Part shown: positions 52,382 to 62,706 of the stretch, one piece after another
How positions within the stretch are numbered: position 1 is the first letter of the stretch
Layout of the letters: each line of letters begins with the position of its first letter
From: Verrucomicrobiota bacterium
GTDB taxonomy: Bacteria > Verrucomicrobiota > Verrucomicrobiia > Limisphaerales > J093
Length of the DNA: 64,000 nucleotides
Assembly (NCBI GenBank): GCA_050012855.1
Contig: JBEKGJ010000007.1
Span: 34,241 to 98,240, forward strand
Reading direction: 5' to 3'
Made by a program: the position numbers and the translations under genes
Notes under the pieces: generated by a model
Databases searched by the model: none
Seen by the model: the letters and a program-made list of their open reading frames with translations, nothing else
What the model was told of the DNA's origin: nothing

Positions 52382-52786
52382 ATGAAAGTAGAACTCTTCG
52401 CATTGTGTGATTTCGCCGCTGATTACGGTGGGAAGCTGAGCGTGATGGCCGTCTTCGACACGCTGTTTGCGCGGCAGACGCCCGTGGTTCATCCGCATTG
52501 CTGCATTGCCGTCAAACTGCGTTTCGAGAAGATCGAGGAAGGGCAGAAGCGCCTGCGCCTGTCGGTGACCGATGCGGATGGAAAGCCGGTGTTGCCCGCA
52601 GTGGAGTCGCCGCTCGAGGTGGCCATGCCGGCCAGCGAACACACTTCGACGGTCCAGGTGGTCGCGAACATCGGCGGCATCAAATTCGAGTCCTTCGGCG
52701 AATACTCGATTGATCTGGCCATAGACGGCCGGCAAGAGGGGAGCATTCCGTTGTTCGTCCGGGCGCACCCGCAGCCCGGTCGGTGA
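52382..52786 (+). CDS. Hypothetical small beta-rich protein
   Basis: 134 aa, starting at MKVELFALCDFAADYGGKLSVMAVFDTL inside ORF 52028..52786. No domain recognised with confidence. Confidence 0.5.
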   Translation: MKVELFALCDFAADYGGKLSVMAVFDTLFARQTPVVHPHCCIAVKLRFEKIEEGQKRLRLSVTDADGKPVLPAVESPLEVAMPASEHTSTVQVVANIGGIKFESFGEYSIDLAIDGRQEGSIPLFVRAHPQPGR

Positions 52787-52911
52787 TCCGGCGGCCCGAA
52801 CTGCCCCATCGCGCGCCGCGCGCACGAAGCCTCGGCAAGCGGCTTCACGCCCTGGTGGACCGCTTCGTCCGTCCGGCTTTGGGCCAGCCTCAAAGACGGG
52901 CGCGACCCTGA

Positions 52912-54120
52912 TCAGTCCAGCACTGGATCGGAGCCGTCAATCATCTTCACCTTGTTGTGGGCGAAGTATTCCTTCGTCAGCGCCTTGAGCATGGCCGCGC
53001 GCTGGTCGTAAAGGCGGCGCAGCTTGCGCGGCTTGTGGCGGGCCAGCGCGTAGTGCGTGAGCAGCGGCATGGCGATGGTGGTGTCCGTGTAGCACACCAC
53101 GGCGTCAGGCAGGCGGTCGGGGTCCACCTTGCCCCAGCTCACGGCCTCGCTCGGCGTGGCGCCGGACAGGCCGCCCGTGTCGGGACGCGCGTCGGTCACC
53201 TGCAGGAAATAGTCCTGGCCGTATTCCTTGATGCGAAGGACTTCCTGGATTTGCGGCTCGGTCTGGAGCATGAAGTTCTTGGGACTCCCGCCGCCCCACA
53301 GGACGACGGCGCTTTTGCCGCCCGAGCGCTTGGCCGCGAGCACGATCGCCGTGCTCTCGTTCACGTCAATCGAGGGGTTGACGCGGAGCTTGTTGCCGCG
53401 CAGTTCCACGCCGGCAAAGTTCATCCCGATGGTCGAATCGCCCGGGGACGACGTGAAGCACGGCACGCCGGCGCGATACGCGGCGGCGAGCACCGACACG
53501 TCCTTCAAGCCGGCCTTGCGTTCCCACTCGGCGCAGTACTTGCCGATGAGATAATGCAGCTCGGCGGTGCCCATTTCCTTCTGGAATTCCGGCTGAATGA
53601 GGATGCTGCGGAGGATTTCGTCCGTGGCCATCAGGCAGTCGCTGTAGCCCAGGAGCACGTCATAGACGCGGACGATGTCGTTGTTGCGCAGCTCGGTGTC
53701 GTCGAACTTGAAGCTGCCGACCTTCACCGGGTAGTTCAGGGCGAAGTGCATGTCGTGATACAGATTCGCGCCGGTGGCGACGATCCAGTCCACGAAGCCG
53801 GCTTTGATGAGGGGGACGATGCTGGAGCAGCCCATCCCGGCGGGCGTGAGCGCGCCGGAAAGGCTCATGCCGATCGTGACATCGGGTTCGAGCATCTTTT
53901 CGGCGAACAACTGCGCGCCTTCGCGGAGACGGGCGCCGTTGTAGGCGAGGAAGGTTTCGTCAATGAGGTCGGGGAGCTTCTCTTTGCCGGTGATGTTCTT
54001 CGGCAGGATGCGTTTCCCCGAGAGGAATTTGTCCCGGTGGGGACATTTTTGCTTCTTCAGCCAGTCCGGCGTTTCGGAAAGGTCCTCGCGATAGCGCGCC
54101 GTTCGTTTTGGTGTAGCCAT
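52912..54120 (-). CDS. Deoxyhypusine synthase-like protein (homospermidine synthase-like)
   Basis: Start at [10 protein letters not shown]. Motifs [34 protein letters not shown] and WGGGSPKNF are typical of the DHS family. Confidence 0.85.
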   Translation of the reverse strand: MATPKRTARYREDLSETPDWLKKQKCPHRDKFLSGKRILPKNITGKEKLPDLIDETFLAYNGARLREGAQLFAEKMLEPDVTIGMSLSGALTPAGMGCSSIVPLIKAGFVDWIVATGANLYHDMHFALNYPVKVGSFKFDDTELRNNDIVRVYDVLLGYSDCLMATDEILRSILIQPEFQKEMGTAELHYLIGKYCAEWERKAGLKDVSVLAAAYRAGVPCFTSSPGDSTIGMNFAGVELRGNKLRVNPSIDVNESTAIVLAAKRSGGKSAVVLWGGGSPKNFMLQTEPQIQEVLRIKEYGQDYFLQVTDARPDTGGLSGATPSEAVSWGKVDPDRLPDAVVCYTDTTIAMPLLTHYALARHKPRKLRRLYDQRAAMLKALTKEYFAHNKVKMIDGSDPVLD

Positions 54121-54231
54121 AAATTCAAATCGTCGGGGAACAATAAAGCGGCGACCGGGGATGCCAATCATTTAATGAAGGCGTGTCGAATTGCTTTGAC
54201 GCCCGGGGCGAACTTCGTTTGAACGTGGCTC

Positions 54232-55263
54232 ATGAGATTCCCACGATCCTGCTTTTACGCCCTTGGTTTCGCCGGAGCGATCCTGTTCGCCTCTGCGGCC
54301 GAGCCCGCCAATCCGCGCGCGAACGCGCCGGCCCGGGCCATCCTGAATTACTTCGACGGTCTGGCGGCGCGGAAGGAAAAGCGCGTGCTCTCGGGCCAGT
54401 TCACCGATTTTGGCAACGGCGCAAAGTTGAAGCTGATCGAGGACATCCACACCCAGACCGGGCATTGGCCGGCGCTCATCGGGGTTGACTACGCGGATTT
54501 CGGCAAGGGCGGCCTCACGTTCGCCGCGCCGAACCGCACGGCCATCGAATACTGGCGCCAGCGCGGCCTGGTGACCGTCAGCGCCCACCTCTACAATCCG
54601 GCCAATCCCAAGGGCGGTGGACTGCGCGACAAGGGGGTGAACCTGGCCGATCTGCTGGCGCCCGACTCCGAGACGCACACCCGCTGGATGCGCGAACTGG
54701 ACGAACTCGCCGGCGGGCTGCAGGAGTTGAAGGAGGCCGGCGTGGTCGTCCTCTGGCGGCCGTTCCACGAAATGAACGGCGGCTGGTTCTGGTGGGGCAC
54801 GCAGGATCCGGAGACGTTCATCAAGGTCTGGCGCCACATGTTCGATTACTTCAGCCAGACGAAGGGGCTCGACAACCTGCTCTGGGTGTACGGGCCCAAT
54901 CATGGCGACAGAACCGCAGCGTATTATGCCGGCGACCGCTACGTGGACCTGGTCGGGCTGGATGCCTACACGGATTTCGTTGACTCACAGCATATCAAGG
55001 GCTTCGCGGCCGTCGCGGCGCTGGGCAAGCCGGTCGGGTTCAGCGAATACGGACCCCACGGGCCGCAGAATCCGCCCGGCGATTTCGATTACCGCCGACT
55101 GCTGGACGGCCTCGCGAAGGATTTCCAGCCCACCGTGTTTTTCATGAGCTGGAACTGGAAATGGAGCCTGGCGATGAATCCGCATGCGAAGGAGTTGCTC
55201 GACGACCTGCGCATCGCGAACCGTGAGGATTTGCCGGCGGCGCTGTTCAAGGCCGGCAAATGA
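54232..55263 (+). CDS. GH26-family glycoside hydrolase (beta-mannanase-like), secreted
   Basis: Signal peptide present. LWRPFHEMNGGWFWWG is the catalytic-acid motif characteristic of GH26. Confidence 0.8.
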   Translation: MRFPRSCFYALGFAGAILFASAAEPANPRANAPARAILNYFDGLAARKEKRVLSGQFTDFGNGAKLKLIEDIHTQTGHWPALIGVDYADFGKGGLTFAAPNRTAIEYWRQRGLVTVSAHLYNPANPKGGGLRDKGVNLADLLAPDSETHTRWMRELDELAGGLQELKEAGVVVLWRPFHEMNGGWFWWGTQDPETFIKVWRHMFDYFSQTKGLDNLLWVYGPNHGDRTAAYYAGDRYVDLVGLDAYTDFVDSQHIKGFAAVAALGKPVGFSEYGPHGPQNPPGDFDYRRLLDGLAKDFQPTVFFMSWNWKWSLAMNPHAKELLDDLRIANREDLPAALFKAGK

Positions 55264-55389
55264 CCCGCGCCCGCCGCACGGTTTGGGATGATTCGTCGTT
55301 GGACTTTGCGGCTAAACTCAATTAAACCTGCGCGGCGCTCTGACCCGGGCGGCGTGCCGAAACGCGCCCGACCGGAGCCGCCACCTGAC

Positions 55390-56709
55390 ATGAAGTGGAA
55401 ACAAATCCCCGGCTCGATCGTCGCGCCCCAGGGCTTCCTGGCGGCCGGCGTTTTTTGTGACATCAAACGCCTCGGCACCGGCAAGGGCTCGAACAAGGGA
55501 CCCAAGCGCGATCTCGCCCTGCTCCTGTCCGAGGTCCCGGCCACCGTGGCCGGCATGTTCACCACGAACCAGGTCTGTGCCGCGCCGGTGAAGGTCTGTG
55601 CCGAGCGCGTCAAGGGCGGCCTGGCGCAGGCGGTCGTCATCAATTCCGGCAACGCCAACGCCTGCACCGGCCAACAAGGCCTGCGGGACGCCTACGCCAT
55701 GACCGAACTGGCGGCGGAGGAACTCCGGTTGCCCGCCGAACACGTCCTCGTCGGCTCCACCGGCCGCATCGGTGTCACGTTGCCGATGGCCAACATGCAG
55801 GCCGGCATTCGCGCCGCTGCCCGGGCGCTCGGCAGCACGCCCGAACACGCCGCCGCCGCGGTCGAGGCCATCATGACCAGCGACACCCGGCCGAAAGCGG
55901 TCGCCGTCGAGTTCAAGGTGGACGGCCGGCCGGTGCGGATTGGCGGCATCTGCAAGGGGGCGGGCATGATTCAGCCGGGCATGAGTGCCACCGGCGCGCG
56001 CCCGGCGGCGACCCCGCTCCACGCCACCATGCTGGGTTTCATCACGACTGATGCCGTCATCGAGCCCGGTCCGCTTCAGGTCGCCTTGGGCGAAGCCGTG
56101 GCGAACGGTTTCAACCGCATCACCGTGGACGGCGACATGAGCACGAACGACACCGTGCTCGTGCTGGCCAACGGTCTCGCCGGGACACGCCCGCTGAAGC
56201 CGCGGAGCGCTGGGCTGCGCCAGTTCCAGGCCGCGCTGAATCATGTCTGTCTCGAACTGGCCAAAATGATCGTCCGCGACGGTGAAGGCGTGACGCGGTT
56301 TGTGACCGTGCGCGTCAACGGCGCGAAGTCGTTTGCCGACGCCAATGCCGCCGCCCGCGCCGTGGCCAACAGCGCGCTGGTGAAGACAAGCTGGTTCGGC
56401 GGCGACCCGAACTGGGGACGCATCATGGCCGCACTCGGCTACAGCGCGGCGACCTTTGTCGAGTCGAAAGTGGACATCGGCTATAGCGCGCCCGGCAGCC
56501 GCAAAATCCTCTGGAGCCTGCGCCGCGGCCAGCCGACCAAGGCCACCTTCAAGGCCCTGTGCGCCGCCGTGGCGGCCAGGGAATTCGATTTCCACATCCA
56601 TCTTAACCTTGGCCGCGCCGGCGCGTTGATGTACGCCGCCGACCTGACCGAGGAATATGTGGATTTTAACAAAGGCGACGTGAGTGATCCGTCGTCGCTC
56701 GGTGGCTGA
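55390..56709 (+). CDS. argJ: Bifunctional ornithine acetyltransferase / N-acetylglutamate synthase
   Basis: Start at MKWKQIPGSIVAPQGFLAAGVFCDIK. Motifs NSGNANACTG and the autocleavage region ATMLGFITTDA. Confidence 0.9.
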   Translation: MKWKQIPGSIVAPQGFLAAGVFCDIKRLGTGKGSNKGPKRDLALLLSEVPATVAGMFTTNQVCAAPVKVCAERVKGGLAQAVVINSGNANACTGQQGLRDAYAMTELAAEELRLPAEHVLVGSTGRIGVTLPMANMQAGIRAAARALGSTPEHAAAAVEAIMTSDTRPKAVAVEFKVDGRPVRIGGICKGAGMIQPGMSATGARPAATPLHATMLGFITTDAVIEPGPLQVALGEAVANGFNRITVDGDMSTNDTVLVLANGLAGTRPLKPRSAGLRQFQAALNHVCLELAKMIVRDGEGVTRFVTVRVNGAKSFADANAAARAVANSALVKTSWFGGDPNWGRIMAALGYSAATFVESKVDIGYSAPGSRKILWSLRRGQPTKATFKALCAAVAAREFDFHIHLNLGRAGALMYAADLTEEYVDFNKGDVSDPSSLGG

Positions 56710-56768
56710 CGCCGCCCGCCCGCACTTTCTTTTCGACCCGGCGCGGCCGGGCCGGTATCCTCGGGACC

Positions 56769-59408
56769 ATGGCTTCGGACGCCCAGTTGACGCCCATGAT
56801 GGCGCAGTATCGGCGGATCAAGAGCGAACTGCCAAAGGACGCGCTGCTGCTCTTCCGTCTGGGCGATTTTTACGAGTTGTTCTTCGAGGACGCGCAGGCC
56901 GGGGCGCAACTTCTGAACCTTGCGCTCACCAACCGCCAGGGCGTCCCGATGTGCGGCCTGCCCTACCACGCCGCCGGCGGTTACATCGCCCGCATCCTGC
57001 GCGCCGGCCGCAAGGTCGCCATCTGCGACCAGCTCGAAGAGCCCCGGCCGGGCAAACTCGTCCAGCGCGATGTCACGCAAATCCTCAGCCCCGGCGCGCA
57101 TTTCGACGAACGGATGCTCGCGGCCGACCGGAACAACTATCTCGCCGCGGTCGCGCACACCGGCCGGGCGTTCGGCCTGGCGCTCGTGGATCTGACCACG
57201 GCCGATTTCAAGGTCACCGAACTGCCGACCGAGGCCGCGCTGCTCGCCGAAATCGAGCGCGTCCGGCCCGCGGAGATCGTCCTGCCCGCCGAGGCCGCCA
57301 CCCTGCGCGACCTGCTCCAGCCCGCCTGCCGCCTCCTCACCGGCTACGATGGGTGGACCTTTGCGCCGGAGACGGCTCAGTTCACATTGCGCGATCATTT
57401 CAAAGTCACCGCGCTCGACGGCTTCGGCCTGCGCGACCGGTCCGCGGCCATCGGTGCCGCCGGGGCGGTCCTGCATTACCTGGTCAACCAGTTGCGACGC
57501 GACGTCGCGCACCTCACGCGGCTCACGTTTTACCAGGCCGCCGATTTTCTGGTCCTCGACCGCACAACGCTGCGCAACCTCGAAGTGCTCGAACCGCTGC
57601 AGCGGGACGCCCCGCGCGAAACCTCGCTCTACGGCGTGGTCAACCGCACCGTCACGCCCATGGGCGCGCGGCGCCTGCGCGACTGGCTTTCGCAGCCGCT
57701 CGCCGCCGTCGAGCCGATCCGCCGCCGCCAGGACGCCGTGCAGGCCTGGCTCGACCAGGGCGCCGTGCTCGACCGGTTCCGCGCTGCGTTGGCGGACGTG
57801 CGCGATCTCGAACGCACGATCAGCCGCTTGAGCGTCGGCACCGGCAACGGGCGCGACCTCGCCGCCCTCCGGCTCGGATTGCAGCAGGTGCCGGCGTTGA
57901 AGGCCTTGCTCGCCACGCTCGCGGCCCCGCCCCGCCCCGCCGCCGCAGAAGTTCGCGAACTGCCCATCGCGGCCCCGGTCGCGCCGATGCACGCCGCCGC
58001 GCCGCCCGCGGACGGCTTGATCCCGGAGCTGACCCATCAACTGGCCGAGTGCCCGGAACTGGTGGAATTGATCAGTCGGGCCATCGTGGACGAACCGCCG
58101 CTTGCGCTCAAGGAAGGCGGGCTGATTCGCGACGGCTTCGATCCGGCGCTCGACGAACTTCGCGCGGCCCAGCGCGGCGGCCGCGACTGGATCGCCCAGC
58201 TCCAGCGCGATGAGATCGCCCGCACCGGCATCCCGTCGCTGAAGGTCGGCTTCAATTCGGTGTTCGGCTATTACATCGAGGTCACGAAGGCGAATCTCGA
58301 CAAGGTGCCGCCGCAGTACCACCGCAAACAAACCATCGCCAACGGCGAGCGGTTCATCACGCCCGAGCTCAAGGCGATGGAGGCGAAAATCCTCGGCGCC
58401 GAGGAACGCGGGATGAAACTCGAATACGAGCTGTTCCTGCGCGTGCGCGAGGCCGCCTTGGGCCGGCTGGCCGAGATCCAGCAAACCGCGCAGGCCCTGG
58501 GCCAGCTCGACGTGCTGGCCGCATTCGCCGAAGCCGCGCGGCTGCACAACCACTGCCGGCCGTTCGTCGGCGATGAGGGCGTGCTCCAGATCAGCGACGG
58601 CCGGCATCCGGTGCTCGAACAGGCGATGACCGAGGAGCGTTTCGTGCCGAACGACACGGAGCTGGCCAGCGAAGTGCGAACAGGCGCCCCTCATTCGACA
58701 TCCGACATTCGCCACTCGGCACTTCCTCAGATCGCCCTCATAACCGGGCCGAACATGGCCGGCAAGAGCACGTACATCCGGCAGGCGGCGTTGCTGACCC
58801 TGCTCGCGCACACCGGTTCGTTCGTGCCGGCGAAGGCGGCGCGCATTGATCTCGTGGACCGCATCTTCACGCGCATCGGCGCGAGCGACGACCTTGCGCG
58901 CGGCCAGAGCACGTTCATGGTCGAGATGAGCGAGACGGCGAACATCCTCAACAGCGCCACGGCGCGCAGCCTGGTGATCCTCGACGAGATCGGCCGCGGC
59001 ACAAGCACGTTCGACGGCCTGAGCCTGGCCTGGAGCATCGTCGAGCACCTGCACCACCAGGTCGGCGCGAAAACGCTCTTCGCCACGCACTATCACGAGC
59101 TGACCGAGCTGGCCGCGCGCCTGCCACGCCTGAAAAACTTCAATGTCGCCGTGCGCGAGTGGAACGAACAGATCATCTTTCTGCGCAAGATCGTGGCGGG
59201 CGGCACGGACAAGAGCTACGGCATCCAGGTGGCGCGGCTGGCCGGCGTGCCGAAAGAGGTGATCGAGCGGGCGAAAACCATTTTGCGCAACCTGGAGGAA
59301 TCGGAGCTGACGCCCGAAGGCAACGTCCGCCAGGCCGCGCGCCATCGCGCCGAACGCGAGAAGCTCAAAACCCTCGAACCCCTGCCGCAGTTGGATTTGT
59401 TCGGGTGA
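56769..59408 (+). CDS. mutS: DNA mismatch repair protein MutS
   Basis: TPMMAQYRRIKSELPKDALLLFRLGDFYELFFEDA, Walker A motif ITGPNMAGKSTYIRQ, and DEIGRGTSTFDG. Confidence 0.95.
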   Translation: MASDAQLTPMMAQYRRIKSELPKDALLLFRLGDFYELFFEDAQAGAQLLNLALTNRQGVPMCGLPYHAAGGYIARILRAGRKVAICDQLEEPRPGKLVQRDVTQILSPGAHFDERMLAADRNNYLAAVAHTGRAFGLALVDLTTADFKVTELPTEAALLAEIERVRPAEIVLPAEAATLRDLLQPACRLLTGYDGWTFAPETAQFTLRDHFKVTALDGFGLRDRSAAIGAAGAVLHYLVNQLRRDVAHLTRLTFYQAADFLVLDRTTLRNLEVLEPLQRDAPRETSLYGVVNRTVTPMGARRLRDWLSQPLAAVEPIRRRQDAVQAWLDQGAVLDRFRAALADVRDLERTISRLSVGTGNGRDLAALRLGLQQVPALKALLATLAAPPRPAAAEVRELPIAAPVAPMHAAAPPADGLIPELTHQLAECPELVELISRAIVDEPPLALKEGGLIRDGFDPALDELRAAQRGGRDWIAQLQRDEIARTGIPSLKVGFNSVFGYYIEVTKANLDKVPPQYHRKQTIANGERFITPELKAMEAKILGAEERGMKLEYELFLRVREAALGRLAEIQQTAQALGQLDVLAAFAEAARLHNHCRPFVGDEGVLQISDGRHPVLEQAMTEERFVPNDTELASEVRTGAPHSTSDIRHSALPQIALITGPNMAGKSTYIRQAALLTLLAHTGSFVPAKAARIDLVDRIFTRIGASDDLARGQSTFMVEMSETANILNSATARSLVILDEIGRGTSTFDGLSLAWSIVEHLHHQVGAKTLFATHYHELTELAARLPRLKNFNVAVREWNEQIIFLRKIVAGGTDKSYGIQVARLAGVPKEVIERAKTILRNLEESELTPEGNVRQAARHRAEREKLKTLEPLPQLDLFG

Positions 59409-59575
59409 CACGCTGGCGATTCCGCGCCAATGCGAGCCGGATTGACTATGAGCACGCCGACACAAACGAAGCCCGGCTCCACGTTCAAAACCGTGCCGGT
59501 CACGCCGCCGAGCCAGCACACTATCATCCGCGCCCGCTCGCTCTAGCCTGCCGGCGGTCGGTCGGGATTCGATTC

Positions 59576-59693
59576 GGGGAGCACAGGCGGCTCGCCTGTT
59601 GCGTCCGGCGGCCCGCCGGACGCTTCATTCTGGCGGAGTGGGCAGGTTTTCGGCGGGCCGCCGAAAACCACACGCCGGCGGCATGTGCTCCCC
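59576..59693 (+). other. GC-rich multi-hairpin structured element (candidate ncRNA or repeat)
   Basis: Closing stem GGGGAGCACA (59576-85) pairs with TGTGCTCCCC (59684-93). It encloses three near-perfect hairpins: CAGGCG-GCT-CGCCTG, GCGTCCGGC-GGCC-GCCGGACGC and GGTTTTCGGCG-GGC-CGCCGAAAACC. Confidence 0.3.
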
Positions 59694-59869
59694 GGAAAAG
59701 GGGTCGGTTCTTGATAATGGATACTCATCGCCCGGCTTCCTCCGGCGAGACAACCGGTGGTTCGGATGACCGCGCGTTGCCATCCACGGCGGCCCGGCGG
59801 TCCACGACCCACCGCGCCATTTCGCCAGTTGCGTCCCCGGCGCGCCGTCGGCTAGATTGTTCCCGGTTT

Positions 59870-61246
59870 ATGACATTGACGGAAAAAGTGCTGGCCCGCG
59901 CCGCCGGCAAGGCGCAGGTCCAGGCCGGCGACAACCTCTGGGTGAACGCGGACATCCTCATGACGCACGACGTCTGCGGGCCCGGGACCATCGGCGTCTT
60001 CAAACGCGAGTTCGGCCCCACCGCGAAAGTCTGGGACCGCCGCAAGGTCGTCATCATTCCCGACCATTACATTTTCACCGCCGATTCGCTCTCGAACCGC
60101 AACGTGGACATCCTCCGCGATTTCGTGAAGGAGCAGGACCTGGTCTATTTCTACGACGTGATTGACGATCCCAACGGCACGTGGCGGTTCGACGCGGCGA
60201 AGGGAAACTTGAAACGCCAGTTCGGCTCGCATTACGCAGGGGTCTGTCATACGGCGCTGGCGGCGAAAGGTCACATCCGGCCGGGCGAAGTGCTGTTCGG
60301 CACCGACTCGCACACCTGCATGGCCGGCGCGTTCAACGAGTTCGCCACCGGCATCGGCAACACCGACGCCGGCTTCATCCTGGGCACCGGCAAGCTGCTC
60401 ATCAAGGTGCCCGAGACGATGCATTTCCGGCTCGAAGGCCGGCTCCAGCCCGGCGTCATGGCCAAGGACGTCATCCTCCACGTCATCGGCGAAATCGGCT
60501 TCGACGGCGCGACGTACCGCGCGATGCAGTTCGACGGCTCCGGCGTGGCCGGTCTCTCGATGGACGACCGCATGACCATCGCGAACATGGCGATCGAGGC
60601 CGGCGGCAAGAACGGCATCTTCCCGTTCGACGCGCGAACCGCGGAATACGTCGAAGCCCGCACGCACCTGAACGACACCAAGCAGGCGTATGAGCCTGTC
60701 GAACCGGACTCCGACCAGCGGTTCATTTGCGAACTGACGCTGGATTTGTCGCAGCTCGAGCCCACCGTGGCGTGTCATCCAAACCCGGGCCAGCGGAAGA
60801 AGGCAAAGGAACTCGGGAGCATCAAGCTGGATCGCGCCTACATCGGGTCCTGCACTGGCGGCAAGGCAAGCGACTTCGTCGAGTTCGCGCGCATCGTCCG
60901 AGGCCGGCAGGTCAGCATTGATACCTTTGGCGTGCCGGCGACGCCGGAGGTCGCCAACGAGTTGCAGATGACGCAGTGGAACGGCGTGGCGATCTGGGAC
61001 GTCCTGCTCGCTGCCGGCGTGCGGATGACGGAGAACGCCGGTTGCGCCGCCTGTCTCGGCGGGCCGGTGGACACGTTCGGCCGGATGAACCAGCCCGGGC
61101 TCAAGTGTATCAGCGCCACCAACCGGAACTTCCCCGGTCGCATGGGGAACAAGGAATCCGAGGTCTATCTCGCCTCGCCGGCGACCGTGGCGGCCAGCGC
61201 GATCACGGGCCGGATCACCGACCCGCGCGAATTCCTGCCGAATTGA
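59870..61246 (+). CDS. leuC: Aconitase-family dehydratase large subunit (3-isopropylmalate dehydratase / homoaconitase LeuC-type)
   Basis: Start at MTLTEKVLARAAG...ILMTHDVCGPG. Motifs GTDSHTCMAGAFNEFATGIG and IGSCTGG, with cluster cysteines. No small-subunit gene follows in the window. Confidence 0.8.
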   Translation: MTLTEKVLARAAGKAQVQAGDNLWVNADILMTHDVCGPGTIGVFKREFGPTAKVWDRRKVVIIPDHYIFTADSLSNRNVDILRDFVKEQDLVYFYDVIDDPNGTWRFDAAKGNLKRQFGSHYAGVCHTALAAKGHIRPGEVLFGTDSHTCMAGAFNEFATGIGNTDAGFILGTGKLLIKVPETMHFRLEGRLQPGVMAKDVILHVIGEIGFDGATYRAMQFDGSGVAGLSMDDRMTIANMAIEAGGKNGIFPFDARTAEYVEARTHLNDTKQAYEPVEPDSDQRFICELTLDLSQLEPTVACHPNPGQRKKAKELGSIKLDRAYIGSCTGGKASDFVEFARIVRGRQVSIDTFGVPATPEVANELQMTQWNGVAIWDVLLAAGVRMTENAGCAACLGGPVDTFGRMNQPGLKCISATNRNFPGRMGNKESEVYLASPATVAASAITGRITDPREFLPN

Positions 61247-61448
61247 GCCGGCGGCGGCGTCTGTCTCATGCCCTCGGCCGCGCGCGATGTGCGCGCCACG
61301 GCCTGGTCGTCGCTCGACTCCCCGCAGGGTTGAGTTTGGCGGTGCTCAACAACGGACGGATTGGCATTGGTTATGCTCATTTTGCTATGACTTCCTGGTC
61401 GCCGCTGATTGCGGATGGACCCCGGGGCCGAACAACAAACCAAGCATT

Positions 61449-62621
61449 ATGAAGACTCGGCAAATGACACTCCCACGGGCGCGACGGTCCGGCGGCAAGG
61501 ACTCGGCCGCATTCACCTTGGTGGAACTCCTGGCCGTGATGGCCGCGCTGGCGCTGCTGGCCGCCGTGCTGCTGCCGGCTTTGGCCCGGGCGGGTGGGAG
61601 CCGCCAGGGCGCAAGCTGCCTCAACAACCTTCAGCAACTCGGCCGCGCACTTCAGCTCTACGCGGGGGATTACGCGACCTACCTGCCACCGAACGGGGAC
61701 TACGGCAGCACCGATCCGTATTCCAGTTGGGTCTGTGGTGAAGCGGGCATGGGTGGTCTGGACGAATTCAACCCGGACATTCTGAAGGATCCGACGCGTT
61801 CCTTGCTTGTGTCCTACCTGAATGGCGATGCCAGCGTTTTCCATTGTCCCTCCGATTTGCGGACGGGCCTTTACCAAGGCACCGATCCGGCGCTGACGAA
61901 CACGATTGTCCCGTCGGCGCGGAGCTACTCGATGAGCCAAGCGGTAGGGACTCTTCCGTATTCCGTAGCTGGCCAAGGGGTCAGAGCCCCGGTGTATGGG
62001 CCGTGGTTGAGCGGCAACCACAGCGAGGCCTACAACGCCTGGTTCACCTTCGCCCGGACGACCGACATGTCCCAGCCTGGACCGGCGAACACCTTTGTGT
62101 TTCTCGACGAAGACCCTTACAGCATCAATGACGGCAGCTTTAGCAACGTGGGACCGAATCCGGCGAACCAGCAATACTTCTGGATTGACTGGCCGGCCAC
62201 CTATCACGGCTACGGAGCGAATTTTGCCTTTGGCGACGGTCACGTCGAAACCCACACCTGGCAGGACGCGCGGACCCAGGTGCAAAACGGCAACGTGGCC
62301 CAGAGCCCCCAGCCCGGCAATCCGGACATCGTCTGGCTGGCCGAGCACACATCAGCGTTGGTCCCGACGAACCCGCCCGCGCTTTCCGCCGTGGGACCGG
62401 ACGCCGCAAACAACATTACCATCAGCTTGGTGCCCGGACGCGCCGGCTTCCGATACTACTTGTATCCCAAGGATTCCCTGTCCACAGCTTGGTCTGGAGG
62501 AACGTCGGGATTGACGAACCAGTTGGTTCAATACTTAGGGACCAACGGCGGACCTGTCACCTTCACCGTTTCGGTGGTGACGAACAGCCAGCGGTTCTAC
62601 GAAGGCGCGGTGCGGTGGTGA
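61449..62621 (+). CDS. Prepilin-type N-terminal cleavage/methylation protein with DUF1559 (H-X9-DG) domain
   Basis: Start at MKTRQM...AFTLVELLAVMAALALLAAVLLPAL. Further motifs ...FHCPSD... and HGYGANFAFGDGHVE (H-X9-DG). Confidence 0.8.
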   Translation: MKTRQMTLPRARRSGGKDSAAFTLVELLAVMAALALLAAVLLPALARAGGSRQGASCLNNLQQLGRALQLYAGDYATYLPPNGDYGSTDPYSSWVCGEAGMGGLDEFNPDILKDPTRSLLVSYLNGDASVFHCPSDLRTGLYQGTDPALTNTIVPSARSYSMSQAVGTLPYSVAGQGVRAPVYGPWLSGNHSEAYNAWFTFARTTDMSQPGPANTFVFLDEDPYSINDGSFSNVGPNPANQQYFWIDWPATYHGYGANFAFGDGHVETHTWQDARTQVQNGNVAQSPQPGNPDIVWLAEHTSALVPTNPPALSAVGPDAANNITISLVPGRAGFRYYLYPKDSLSTAWSGGTSGLTNQLVQYLGTNGGPVTFTVSVVTNSQRFYEGAVRW

Positions 62622-62706
62622 TCGGAAGGCCTGGGATGACGCGGCTCGGCCTCCGCGCAGCGAGTGGAAGCGCGGTTTGCCAACGGACGCAACTTGACAC
62701 TACCGC

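Noticed and set aside
59448-59546. 32-codon ORF (MSTPTQTKPGSTFKTVPVTPPSQHTIIRARSL) as a leader peptide for the leuC-like gene
   Set aside because: It has no run of Leu/Ile/Val codons as expected for an attenuation leader, no ribosome-binding signal, and is too short to evaluate.
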